Shown: one piece after another, positions 18,034-27,347 of the stretch
Layout of the letters: each line of letters opens with the position of its first letter
Position numbering within the stretch: position 1 is the stretch's first letter
From: Chloroflexota bacterium
GTDB lineage: Bacteria > Bacteroidota > Ignavibacteria > Kapaibacteriales > UBA961
NCBI GenBank assembly: GCA_041917875.1
Contig: JAYRWZ010000254.1
Location: 1-36,913, forward strand
Direction of reading: 5' to 3'
DNA: 36,913 nt
Translations under genes and position numbers: made by a program
The notes under the pieces: generated by a model
The model's input: the letters and a program-made list of their open reading frames with translations, nothing else
Databases searched by the model: none
What the model was told of the DNA's origin: nothing

Positions 18034-19137
18034 CTACGCACCCGTGGCCACAGGTATCGTCACGGTGACGGTGGTGCCGTGGTCAATATGGCTTTCTATG
18101 TGCAAAGTACTATTGCAAATATCCGCTATTTGTTGAGAAATAACAAGCCCTAAACCGGCTCCCTGTTGTTCATATTTGTGTCGTTCAAATTGTACAAAGG
18201 CACCAATATTTTTTATTTGATCTTCCGACATACCGCGTCCTTCATCATGAACGATAAGCACATATTCTTTTTGGTCAGCACTTTTGTTCCCTTTGATGAC
18301 AACGGGGGTTTTGTTCAAAGAAAACTTTATGGCATTGCTTACTAACTCACTCACAAGTTTGCGCAAGTACAAATCACTGATTGCTATGGTTGCTTGTGCA
18401 ATATCGAGCACGCAATCCTGTTCACGCTCATTATAGTGGGGGATGTCCTTCAGATACTGCTCTATGACGGATTGTGTTATTATTGACTTTGCCACTTGAG
18501 GTGAGCGTTGCTCCTGCGGATGTGCAGTCAATACATTAAGTTCAGCGTGCATCACATAATTCTGGGTTAAGTGCAAAAGCCGTTTACCGCCCTCTTGTAT
18601 TTGTAAAACATACTCTTCTAATTCATTGGGTGGTATCTGTTCGCCATCTTCGAGAGTCCACAGTATAAGTTGACAAAAACCGAGCACAGAATTGAGCGGA
18701 GTAATAAATTCATGGGGAATGCTGACCGTAAGTTGTTTGCGAATATCTTCGATTTCACGTCTTGAATTTTTGTGTTTGGTTAAACGCGCTGTTATGGACT
18801 CTATAAGTTCATCAATGCCAAAGGGTTTGGTAATATAGTCATCTGCACCTAAAGCCATGCCCTTGCGTATGTCGTCGCGCTCGGAACGTGCCGTGAGAAA
18901 TATAAAAGGTATGGCAATTGTTTGCGGGGATTCATGAAGCGTTTTGAGCACGCCATAGCCATCCATGCCGGGCAATGATATATCGCACAGTATAATGTCG
19001 GGCGCAGATGTCTGGGCAAGCTCGATTCCTTGAAGGGCAGTGGCAGCTTTCAAAACCTTGAAATCGAAAAGCTCTAAAGAATCGGCGATAAACTCACGAA
19101 GATTATCCTCATCTTCAATAAGTAACACTGTTTTCAT
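18034..19137 (-). CDS. hybrid response regulator-histidine kinase (REC-HisKA-HATPase_c)
   Basis: 367 aa. Receiver motifs (LLIEDED, ILCDISLPGMDG, TARS, KPF) are followed by an H-box (IPHEFITPLNSVLGF) and N/G boxes (SNAIKFS, DEGRGM, GAGLGL). Confidence 0.85.
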   Translation of the reverse strand: MKTVLLIEDEDNLREFIADSLELFDFKVLKAATALQGIELAQTSAPDIILCDISLPGMDGYGVLKTLHESPQTIAIPFIFLTARSERDDIRKGMALGADDYITKPFGIDELIESITARLTKHKNSRREIEDIRKQLTVSIPHEFITPLNSVLGFCQLILWTLEDGEQIPPNELEEYVLQIQEGGKRLLHLTQNYVMHAELNVLTAHPQEQRSPQVAKSIITQSVIEQYLKDIPHYNEREQDCVLDIAQATIAISDLYLRKLVSELVSNAIKFSLNKTPVVIKGNKSADQKEYVLIVHDEGRGMSEDQIKNIGAFVQFERHKYEQQGAGLGLVISQQIADICNSTLHIESHIDHGTTVTVTIPVATGA

Positions 19138-19176
19138 ACGAATCTCCTTGAAAACTAACTTTCTTTTGTAAAGGAC

Positions 19177-20328
19177 TTAGAGTAAAGATAATGCTTGCTC
19201 AATATCTGCGATCAGGTCTTCATTGTCTTCAATGCCGCATGAAAGTCGCAATAAACCGTCGGTTATGCCCAATCGGTCGCGTTTTTCTTTGGGGATGCTG
19301 CCATGTGTCATACTGACCGGATGACAGAGCAAGGATTCTACGCCACCAAGCGATTCTGCTAAAGTGAAGACTTTAATGGCTCGTGCAAATATTTGTGCTT
19401 GATGATATGAACCTACTTCGATGGAAATCATGCCACCAAACCCGGACATTTGTTTTGCAGCCAAGTCATGATGAGGATGCGAAGCCAAACCCGGATACCA
19501 GACGCTATGGACTTTCGGGTGCTGCTCACAAAGTCGAGCTATGGCTTGTGCATTGTGTTGATGTTTTTCCATACGCAATGCGAGTGTTTTGACAGAGCGA
19601 AGCAAAAGCCATGGCTCAAATGGACCGGGAACTGCACCCACAGCATTTTGAAGAAATCCTATCTGCTGCGCAATGTCCTCACGGTCGGTAATGACCACAC
19701 CACTGACCAAGTCTGAGTGCCCGCCTAAATACTTTGTTGCGGAGTGGAGCACGATGTCGGCGCCTAATAATAATGGCTTTTGTAAATATGGTGTGGCAAA
19801 AGTATTGTCCACTACGAGTAATGCCTTGGATTCTTTGGCAATAGTTGCCATAGCCGCAATGTCGGTAATGCGCATCATCGGATTGGTGGGCGTTTCTGTG
19901 TATATCATGGCTGTTTCGGGGCGAATGGCTGATTTTACAGCTTCGATATCAGACATATCCACAGCAGAAAACATATAACCATAACGGCTGAGAACCTTAT
20001 CGAAAAGACGAAAAGTACCGCCATACATATCTTCGGAGCATACGACATGAGCACCGCTGGAAAGCAAACGCATGACGGTGTCAATCGCTGCCATACCACT
20101 GCCGAATGCATAACCCCAACGAGCGCCTTCCAAAGCAGCTACATTTTTTTCCCAAGCAAAACGAGTGGGGTTTTGTGTGCGTGCATATTCAAAACCTTTG
20201 TGCTTGCCAATTTCTTCTTGTGCATATGTCGAAGTCTGAAAAATAGGAGTTGTTACTGATCCTGTGACGGATTCAGGTTCCTGTGCGATATGTATTGCTT
20301 TTGTCGCAAATCCTTTATACATAGTCAT
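19177..20328 (-). CDS. PLP-dependent trans-sulfuration enzyme (cystathionine gamma-synthase/beta-lyase/methionine gamma-lyase family)
   Basis: The start is taken at MTMYKGFATKAIH. Cys/Met-metabolism PLP family motifs TPIFQTSTY and SATKYLGGHSD (PLP lysine) are present. Substrate specificity cannot be assigned from sequence reading alone. Confidence 0.85.
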   Translation of the reverse strand: MTMYKGFATKAIHIAQEPESVTGSVTTPIFQTSTYAQEEIGKHKGFEYARTQNPTRFAWEKNVAALEGARWGYAFGSGMAAIDTVMRLLSSGAHVVCSEDMYGGTFRLFDKVLSRYGYMFSAVDMSDIEAVKSAIRPETAMIYTETPTNPMMRITDIAAMATIAKESKALLVVDNTFATPYLQKPLLLGADIVLHSATKYLGGHSDLVSGVVITDREDIAQQIGFLQNAVGAVPGPFEPWLLLRSVKTLALRMEKHQHNAQAIARLCEQHPKVHSVWYPGLASHPHHDLAAKQMSGFGGMISIEVGSYHQAQIFARAIKVFTLAESLGGVESLLCHPVSMTHGSIPKEKRDRLGITDGLLRLSCGIEDNEDLIADIEQALSLL

Positions 20329-20365
20329 AAATAAATCGGAATAAACAAAAAAAACGGGCTGTTTT

Positions 20366-21415
20366 TTATATATCCACAATAAGTGAAATAAAATGGTCAA
20401 TATTGCCCGTAGCTACTATATCATTCGCAATGGAATAATCAATTTGAAATTTGAAAGGTAAGGAATCAATAGGGGGAACAAGTGAAATACCGCCACCCCA
20501 GCGCGTAAAAGGGAATGCTTTTGTTTGACCGCCTTGTTCTCCTAAGACATTCATACCGCCACGGATACTGAATAATTGTATGGGGGCATACTCAGCACCG
20601 AGCACCACAATAGGTGTATGATCATATTGGGTGAGAACGGCATCAAGGGTGAGAGCTATATATGATTCGGAAGGTAATTCAATGGTCTCGGTTTCGCCGC
20701 GTACATTTTTGCGTACCGTGTATGTTTCTTTTTCCAAACTGAATTCTGTGGCTATACCGGCGCGCAGAGAATAGGGCAAACGCTCCGAAACACTTGTATT
20801 GTTCCATGTCATTGCCCCGAAAAGGTTTTGTGCGGCAATTCCGACAGTAAACAAGTCGGCAATATCAGCTTTTGCTCCCAAATCCATGGTAAACGCCGTT
20901 CCTTTACTGCCCGTACCGCGCAAAGTATTGATCAGATACTTACCGGTTGCACCAACGGCAAAATCACCTGTTCGCCATGTTCCGCCAATAGAAACCGCAT
21001 ATTGCTCACTGCTTAATTCACGAAGAGGGGTGCCGAGTACATTGCGCTCCAAAAAGCTGCCATTCCAATAATGAATAAGTCCTGCTCCAACGGCAAATTG
21101 CTCATTGATGCTTTGTCCGTACGCAAAAGCGGAATGCATACGACCGAATTCTTGCGGCGATGCCATTAAAGAAATTTGCGGGCGATTGGGCAAAAAAGCT
21201 AAGCCGGCAGGATTGTAAAAAATGGCGATTGGCTCATTGGCGATAGCGGTATAAGCTCCGGCTAAACCGACAGCCCGCGCCCCAACAGGCAATTGTAAAT
21301 ATGCCTCAGCCAAATTAGTGCTTGATTGTTGAGCAAAGGCGATTGAACAAAATCCCACACACCCGATACAAAAGTGTAAGATAAATCGGACATGTATGGA
21401 CAATACTTTTCTCAT
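20366..21415 (-). CDS. PorV/PorQ-like outer-membrane beta-barrel protein
   Basis: The start is taken at MRKVLSIHV... (signal peptide ending AFAQQ). The motif VGARAVGLAGAYTAIANEPIAIFYNPAGLAFL resembles the conserved N-terminal strand region of PorV/PorQ/FadL-like T9SS-associated barrels. Its ATG overlaps the upstream stop (ATGA). Confidence 0.5.
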   Translation of the reverse strand: MRKVLSIHVRFILHFCIGCVGFCSIAFAQQSSTNLAEAYLQLPVGARAVGLAGAYTAIANEPIAIFYNPAGLAFLPNRPQISLMASPQEFGRMHSAFAYGQSINEQFAVGAGLIHYWNGSFLERNVLGTPLRELSSEQYAVSIGGTWRTGDFAVGATGKYLINTLRGTGSKGTAFTMDLGAKADIADLFTVGIAAQNLFGAMTWNNTSVSERLPYSLRAGIATEFSLEKETYTVRKNVRGETETIELPSESYIALTLDAVLTQYDHTPIVVLGAEYAPIQLFSIRGGMNVLGEQGGQTKAFPFTRWGGGISLVPPIDSLPFKFQIDYSIANDIVATGNIDHFISLIVDI

Positions 21416-21861
21416 CGTGATAACACTAATTTTTCGGTTAATTGAAAACGATCGCCCCGCACGACACATAAATACATACCTTTGGGCACTGACGATACAT
21501 TAAATTCTCGCTTGAGTGTACCTGCAGAAGCTTCGCCCGAGTAAATGTCCAGTACTTTTTTACCAAGTAAATTGAACAGAGAAATGCGCAGATTGTCATT
21601 GTTCTCAACAAGTTCTACGTTAATCGTATAAACATCATTCTGAGCATACGTATTGACAATGCGGTTTGTGCGTATTGTATCTGCATGGGTACGACGTATG
21701 CTGGCACTATCGCCACTTTTTGTAGGAAACACTACAACTTTACGCGAAGACAATTCACTGTAGCCTTCTTTTTTGGCATAACCATAACGATTCGATTGCG
21801 CTTCCGAAGGAATCATTTGCGCAAGGACACATAAAATCACTATCGTTATATATCGAATCAT
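21412..21861 (-). CDS. small secreted protein consisting mostly of a T9SS C-terminal sorting domain
   Basis: 149 aa. A signal peptide (MIRYITIVILCVLAQMIPSEAQ) and then a CTD-like C-terminus (LRISLFNLLGKKVLDIY...VPKGMYLCVV...). Confidence 0.65.
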   Translation of the reverse strand: MIRYITIVILCVLAQMIPSEAQSNRYGYAKKEGYSELSSRKVVVFPTKSGDSASIRRTHADTIRTNRIVNTYAQNDVYTINVELVENNDNLRISLFNLLGKKVLDIYSGEASAGTLKREFNVSSVPKGMYLCVVRGDRFQLTEKLVLSR

Positions 21862-22035
21862 TCTTTGCTGAAATTGTAACTGTTTTGTGACAAATTACGA
21901 AAAATAAACCGAAAAACCCTTGGTTCCACAATCCGACATACCAAAAATCATGCCTTATATTGCGGTGTGAAAACTTGATGAAAAGAGGTTTGTACGGCTT
22001 CTTTGATTGTATTGACAGTATATGCAGCATTATGT

Positions 22036-24693
22036 TTATTCTGTTTTTATGAAACCATAATGCCATATGCGTACAGCAGAATGTATGGTGAGTGTGTAAT
22101 AGCCCGACGGGAGTAATCTCATATCCACAGTGATTGATTCCGGTGTGGTGTGTAGAATTACTTCACAATGATTGCCGAGTGAATTTGTAAGTGCTAAATT
22201 ATCAATGTGTTGCTCTTGATGAACGGGGATGGTGATAAAGTCTTTGACAGGCGAGGGATATGGACGAAATCCTGATTTCTCCGATGAATGTACCGTTGCT
22301 ATTGGTTGTTTTTCAAATTGTAGCGTAAAAATCCCTGCTGACCGCATGATAATTGAGTCTTGTCCCCATGACACTACATCGCCTCGTACATCCGTAATCA
22401 CCACTTGTTCATCAGCATAACGAGGAATAAGATCAAGTAAACGATGGTGTAGTGTGCAGGGTTTGCTGACATAACCGACAAAACCATTTTCAATGCCACT
22501 GACAGCACATGTAATTCGTTCCGATGATGAGATAATATCATAGTCGGTAAAGGTATCTTTGAAAAGTGTACCATTGGTGAAGAACAGTGCAAAATTGTCA
22601 TAATTTTCCCCATTCCAAATACCGCAGAGTGTGGCATCGCTGACAATATCAAAACCATGTTCTGAAGGTGTGATGGCACGAAAAGAACGCCTATTAGTAT
22701 CGGATTGAATTGCAGCCACGATGTAGGTGTCCTCACCATACTCATATCCAAATGCAGAAGAACCATCGGAAAGTAATTCTATATATGGTATTGTCTTTAG
22801 CGGTGCATAACGCTCTTTAGGTACACTTAATGATGCAAAAGCTGATTGCATGGCAGGGACCGTGCGAATGCGTGCTACGGTATGAATACCTGTGACACCA
22901 TACTGTTCCTCATGGACAGCACTGTCGGCGGATGATCCCTGTTCATCGGGTGTAATGATAAGAGTTTCCACTAAAGCAGAATCCCTTTCCCATTGTGCTA
23001 TGGTTCCGTTTTTCGTGAATTGTATATCTGCTTTACCTGTTTTTTCTGTCCCTTCAAGTATGCCGTTGCCGTGAAGTTGGAAGGTGAATTTTTTTGGTGA
23101 AGGTGAAGAAACTTTATCAGAAGTGAGAAAAAAGCGATTATCAATAACAAAAAACGAACGCTCGATAGATGCATCATTATATGATGTTTGCACAGCAATA
23201 TGCTCAATATGCGGTAAAGAAAAATTATTGGTAAAAAACGCATCTGCACTGCCGGGACTGAGCGGTTGACCTATGGGAGGACCTTGTTCATTAACAAGAA
23301 TCATATTATGGTTCTGAGCATTACCCACTTCTTGTCGGCGGGAATATTGCACATATCCGGCATCAAGGAACATTGGTATGCCTTTATTCCACAGCAAAAA
23401 ACTTGAAGCATCTGCTTGGGAATGTCCCGCACCGCTTGTTCGTGACTGACCTTGTTTGGCAAGTATATGAGTAAACCACGGCGGTGAAAAAGAGGTATCA
23501 GAACGAAAAACCGCGGAGCCTGCTTTGGGGAATATAATTTGACCTGACGGTAATTGCATAAGGGCTTCTGTAGCGGCACAAAGATAATTGGAACGCATAT
23601 CCACCGTAGAAATAAGTTGATTGCTAAGCTCTTTCTCTGTAAATGGATAGATTAAATCAGGTTTGCCGAGTAATGCTGTTTCGGGAAAGCCCATATTCAT
23701 ATAGGTATCGCCGATAGCCGGAAAAGTACCGTCAGGTTGGAGAATGCCGTTTGCCCATTCTACGATTGCCCTATAACGTGAATCATACCAGGGATGGCGA
23801 ATCGATAATGATCCATAACGAAAAACCGTATCGGGCGTGGTATGAGATAAAGCACGAAAAAAAGGGTAAATATTGAGCATTGCATAACGAAAATAATATG
23901 GTCCTTCGGCATAACCGGCGCTGCCATCATCATTGGATTGGCGGTTGGCAGCACGCCAGAAAATATCGTCAATTGCAGTGAGAGATGTCTGTAACCACAA
24001 AGCGGGGGACTCCACCGGTTTATTGGAGCTGTAATCCGAAAGAACGACTGATGCCAAGCCCAAAGCTCCGGCTGTCATTAAAGCATGATTATTTTTGACC
24101 GTACCAAAAAAGGATAACCCCAAAATGGATTTTGTGGCTTCCGTATAAAAATTGTCAGCAAATAATGCTAATGAGGAACGAATTGTTTTTTCTTCATCGG
24201 CGGATAATTGAGATATACCTGCCAGAAAATCATAAGCACAAAGCAGATCAATATATTCTTTGGAATGCCATTGCCAATCTTGATATGCATTGGGTGTGGT
24301 AATACTTATTGTAGGAATATCCGTCCGCATTTCTTGAAAAATACGTATAATTTTTTGGAGTAATTGCTGTTTTTCTTCTTGTGATAAAGGGCGAAGAGAT
24401 GAACCGTCAGATGTGACACCTATATACAAGCAAAAAGCAGCATTTTTTGCAAGCGTTGCTCTTGCTCTTCTGTCTGTTGTTGATGTATTACCGGCAGGTA
24501 CGGAACTTTGCGCTGAAGCATATATTCCCGCAAGCAAAGAAGAATATGTACTTTGTGAAAGAAAGGAAATCACTTTCAATGAATCGTCATGTTTCATCAT
24601 AGCACGCGGATGGCTATTGTCCAAACTCATTGCGGAAATTTGTACACACTGAAATACTAAGGATAATAAAAAAAAGCGCATGAGGAATTTCAT
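22036..24693 (-). CDS. heparinase II/III-family (polysaccharide lyase-like) protein with a T9SS C-terminal sorting domain
   Basis: The start is taken at MKFLMRFFLLSLVFQ (signal peptide). It has an alpha/alpha-toroid-like N-half (NNHALMTAGALGLASVVL), the heparinase II/III motif GHSQADASSFLLWNKGIPMFLDAGY, and a CTD (YPSPVKDFITIPV...LPSGYYTLTI). Confidence 0.75.
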   Translation of the reverse strand: MKFLMRFFLLSLVFQCVQISAMSLDNSHPRAMMKHDDSLKVISFLSQSTYSSLLAGIYASAQSSVPAGNTSTTDRRARATLAKNAAFCLYIGVTSDGSSLRPLSQEEKQQLLQKIIRIFQEMRTDIPTISITTPNAYQDWQWHSKEYIDLLCAYDFLAGISQLSADEEKTIRSSLALFADNFYTEATKSILGLSFFGTVKNNHALMTAGALGLASVVLSDYSSNKPVESPALWLQTSLTAIDDIFWRAANRQSNDDGSAGYAEGPYYFRYAMLNIYPFFRALSHTTPDTVFRYGSLSIRHPWYDSRYRAIVEWANGILQPDGTFPAIGDTYMNMGFPETALLGKPDLIYPFTEKELSNQLISTVDMRSNYLCAATEALMQLPSGQIIFPKAGSAVFRSDTSFSPPWFTHILAKQGQSRTSGAGHSQADASSFLLWNKGIPMFLDAGYVQYSRRQEVGNAQNHNMILVNEQGPPIGQPLSPGSADAFFTNNFSLPHIEHIAVQTSYNDASIERSFFVIDNRFFLTSDKVSSPSPKKFTFQLHGNGILEGTEKTGKADIQFTKNGTIAQWERDSALVETLIITPDEQGSSADSAVHEEQYGVTGIHTVARIRTVPAMQSAFASLSVPKERYAPLKTIPYIELLSDGSSAFGYEYGEDTYIVAAIQSDTNRRSFRAITPSEHGFDIVSDATLCGIWNGENYDNFALFFTNGTLFKDTFTDYDIISSSERITCAVSGIENGFVGYVSKPCTLHHRLLDLIPRYADEQVVITDVRGDVVSWGQDSIIMRSAGIFTLQFEKQPIATVHSSEKSGFRPYPSPVKDFITIPVHQEQHIDNLALTNSLGNHCEVILHTTPESITVDMRLLPSGYYTLTIHSAVRIWHYGFIKTE

Positions 24694-24771
24694 AGATATA
24701 CCTTGTTTTGATAGACCCAAAGGCAAAATTAGCGAAACAAGACGGGTAAACAATATGGTTGTCCTTGTGAT

Positions 24772-24851
24772 ACTTACTTTTTTTCAGGATAAACTTACTT
24801 TTTTTGCAGATATCGTTTTTTTTTTTTTTACTTTTGATAGGATTTTTTTTT
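24772..24851. promoter_or_regulatory. T-rich divergent promoter region with a 13-nt direct repeat and T14 / T9 homopolymers
   Basis: ACTTACTTTTTTT occurs at 24772-24784 and 24793-24805 (21-nt register). T14 is at 24816-24829 and T9 at 24843-24851. The region lies between divergent starts at 24693 (-) and 24875 (+). Confidence 0.4.
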
Positions 24852-24874
24852 CTTAATCTATCTGGAGTTCTCTT

Positions 24875-26035
24875 ATGAAACCATTTCGGTCATTATTGCT
24901 CACAATCGCGCTTTCAATGCTGTTACTTTCTGTTGAGGAAGTATATGCACAAAATGAATCGGGCACGCGACACTACCTTGCCCCTTATGAAACATCGCTA
25001 AGATCGCAGCGGCGATGGTTTGATTCTACTACAGATATGAATCAGCATAGATTTCCTATCATCCGCAGCGTGCCGCCACTTTCTACGGCTATGCCATTGA
25101 ATGTTTTGTTGAGCTATATTTATACTGATAGTTTATTACGTTTTGCTCCCAAAAGGTCAATAAAAAAAAGAATTTCATCATGGACATCACTCAATGATAC
25201 TTTACGATGGATGGCGTATGGTGATTATGTGATGAATGATTATAATCCCATCCTTTTTCGGCAATATCGTCAAGAAACTTCGAATTTGGAAGAGACAAAT
25301 ACCGGTCCTAATCGAATGAAAGGTATTGGTTCTACTGACACCTTACCGCCATACTCCGGAAAATATAAATCAACATATAATGATATTAATCCGCGTTTAG
25401 AACTTGCAATAGCAAATTTATTGCCCGACAAATCAGACTCGAAAGCAATGATGTCTCTCTTGGCATGTGATTATATCTTGAGGATTAAAGTGCTTTCCAT
25501 TGACTCTATGTTAGATAAATTAAGTGCGGGAAGTTTCCCCGGATCAAATTATTATTATGTTACAGCAATGGTGTTTGATACAATAAAAGGAAAAGTATTG
25601 CCACCATATTCTTATAGTAATAATCTTGGAAAAAAAAGTGAAAATACACATCAAACAAGCAATGCAACCTTACTTAAATTTGGCTATATACCCCAGCATT
25701 ATCATTCTCTTGGTGTGGTTGGCAATGAAGGAATACATCGTTATTCTACCGCAGATTCTGCATTCACAAAGAACGGAGATTCCTATATGTTTTCGATGAA
25801 ACCTAATCAAGAAGCTATTGTCTTTCTCAGCTACTTCAATTACCTTTGTGATTCTCAAAATGATTATTATGATTTGTCACTTGACGCACTTGCATCACTT
25901 GGTGCATTGCCGATTATTGATGGTAATGTGCGTGATGTGAATAAAGTGTGGTCATCAAATCTTTTGTCACCATATTCAACATGGAAGAGTAATGTCAATG
26001 CATTTATTACGAAAATCCTTACACGTAATTATTGA
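24875..26035 (+). CDS. hypothetical secreted protein (orphan, no family recognised)
   Basis: 386 aa with a signal peptide (MKPFRSLLLTIALSMLLLSVEEVYAQ). I recognised no motif. The region looks AT-richer than its neighbours by eye. Confidence 0.6.
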   Translation: MKPFRSLLLTIALSMLLLSVEEVYAQNESGTRHYLAPYETSLRSQRRWFDSTTDMNQHRFPIIRSVPPLSTAMPLNVLLSYIYTDSLLRFAPKRSIKKRISSWTSLNDTLRWMAYGDYVMNDYNPILFRQYRQETSNLEETNTGPNRMKGIGSTDTLPPYSGKYKSTYNDINPRLELAIANLLPDKSDSKAMMSLLACDYILRIKVLSIDSMLDKLSAGSFPGSNYYYVTAMVFDTIKGKVLPPYSYSNNLGKKSENTHQTSNATLLKFGYIPQHYHSLGVVGNEGIHRYSTADSAFTKNGDSYMFSMKPNQEAIVFLSYFNYLCDSQNDYYDLSLDALASLGALPIIDGNVRDVNKVWSSNLLSPYSTWKSNVNAFITKILTRNY

Positions 26036-26046
26036 AAGACAAAGAT

Positions 26047-26607
26047 ATGAAATTACAGAAAAGTTTTTATATACTGTTTTATATAGCAAGTATTGTTGTT
26101 TCGGTTAATACTACCGTTGCCTGTGATGCTATATGCAGAGCAAAAAAGTATGCTTATTTAGGTTGCGATCAACAGACGAATACAAAGAAAACTCTATGCA
26201 CAGATAATCCCCGTGGAGAACCGAATTTCCGTCCTTATAAAAAATGTTTTCCAATGATGAATGTCACGATAGAACCATTTCCAGAGCCGGTACCTGGATG
26301 GTATTTAGATGCTAACGGTGATGGTAATGTTCAGATAAATGAGATTTCTTTTTTTGCTCCACATGCGGAATCTTTAGTGTATGGTGCCCGAGACAATTGG
26401 CCTGCACCATGTACCCCTGACAATCAAAATTGCGATGATTGTCCACTTAAGGTGATATATGCAAAGCGTCGTGAATTAATGCGAGGATTTGATGAATCTC
26501 TTGCAATCACATACCAACCACCTGTTGCAGCAAGTGGGCTACCGGCCTCATGTGTAGTAGATTGTTCCAACGCATATATCGCTTCAATACATTGGATAAC
26601 TTCATGA
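26047..26607 (+). CDS. Cys-rich secreted protein; probably the N-terminal part of a disrupted metzincin gene
   Basis: The ATG at 26047 gives a signal peptide (MKLQKSFYILFYIASIVVSVNTTVA). The protein has many Cys residues. Its TGA stop (26605-26607) overlaps the ATG (26604) of the next ORF. Confidence 0.55.
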   Translation: MKLQKSFYILFYIASIVVSVNTTVACDAICRAKKYAYLGCDQQTNTKKTLCTDNPRGEPNFRPYKKCFPMMNVTIEPFPEPVPGWYLDANGDGNVQINEISFFAPHAESLVYGARDNWPAPCTPDNQNCDDCPLKVIYAKRRELMRGFDESLAITYQPPVAASGLPASCVVDCSNAYIASIHWITS

Positions 26608-27173
26608 ATAAGAACGCTATCGGGGTTCCTAATACATTTTTTTATACAAATAGAAGCTACCCAGGTGATCTGGAATGGTACGATTTTCAATCTGTGATTT
26701 ACCATGAAATGGGGCATTGGCTCGGTTTTGGTGACGGACAGGAACAATGCAATTCATCATATACAGGTGTCATGCAAACACCTTTGGATGTTAATACAAA
26801 TCGTAATCTTAGTGATGATGATAGATGTATGTTCCAGAAACTATATTGCTGTGGTCCGAATGGTGCAACAAATGTCGATGAAGAAGAAACTGACAATACT
26901 GGTGTCGTTTTATCAAATGGGTTACACTTATCGCCCAATCCATTTAATACGAACATAATTATCAAAGGCATTCCTTCTGAGGAGTTTTCATCATATACAC
27001 TTGATATTACGACAATTACAGGTCAAAATGTCTATCATGCCGTATATGAACAACATAATAATGATATAAATATTGATACCCGAACATTGCCGGTGGGTAC
27101 TTATATGGTTATGGTAACAACTCACACTTTCCCACATCAATATTTTAAAGCCATCATTACCAAAATGCCGTAA
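26604..27173 (+). CDS. metzincin-type zinc metalloprotease catalytic motif plus T9SS C-terminal sorting domain (lacks its own signal peptide)
   Basis: HEMGHWLGFGD (HExxHxxGxxD), a Met-turn-like GVMQTP, a matrixin-like LSDDDRCMFQKLY, and a CTD (LSPNPFNTNIIIKG...LPVGTYMVMV). Frame 3 is open from 26496, overlapping the upstream ORF. Confidence 0.65.
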   Translation: MNKNAIGVPNTFFYTNRSYPGDLEWYDFQSVIYHEMGHWLGFGDGQEQCNSSYTGVMQTPLDVNTNRNLSDDDRCMFQKLYCCGPNGATNVDEEETDNTGVVLSNGLHLSPNPFNTNIIIKGIPSEEFSSYTLDITTITGQNVYHAVYEQHNNDINIDTRTLPVGTYMVMVTTHTFPHQYFKAIITKMP

Positions 27174-27215
27174 GATCACGGTTTAAACGTAGATTATACA
27201 TTTTGACATATCTCC

Positions 27216-27251
27216 AAGCCGCTTGTTATGAACTAATAAGCGGCTTTTTTT
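27216..27251 (+). terminator. rho-independent terminator
   Basis: AAGCCGCTT-(13 nt)-AAGCGGCTT stem followed by a T7 run. Confidence 0.75.
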
Positions 27252-27347
27252 ATGTTGTGGCACGGAAATAAATATAACATGAATATACTTGAAACATAGA
27301 TTCCTTCTTTACATCGTTTTTAAATATCATATGATGTGTTAATTAAT

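Noticed and set aside
26590-26610. Programmed ribosomal frameshift joining the two metzincin ORFs
   Set aside because: I found no X-XXY-YYZ slippery heptamer and no downstream stimulatory structure in the region where both frames are open. A mutational or assembly frameshift is the simpler reading.
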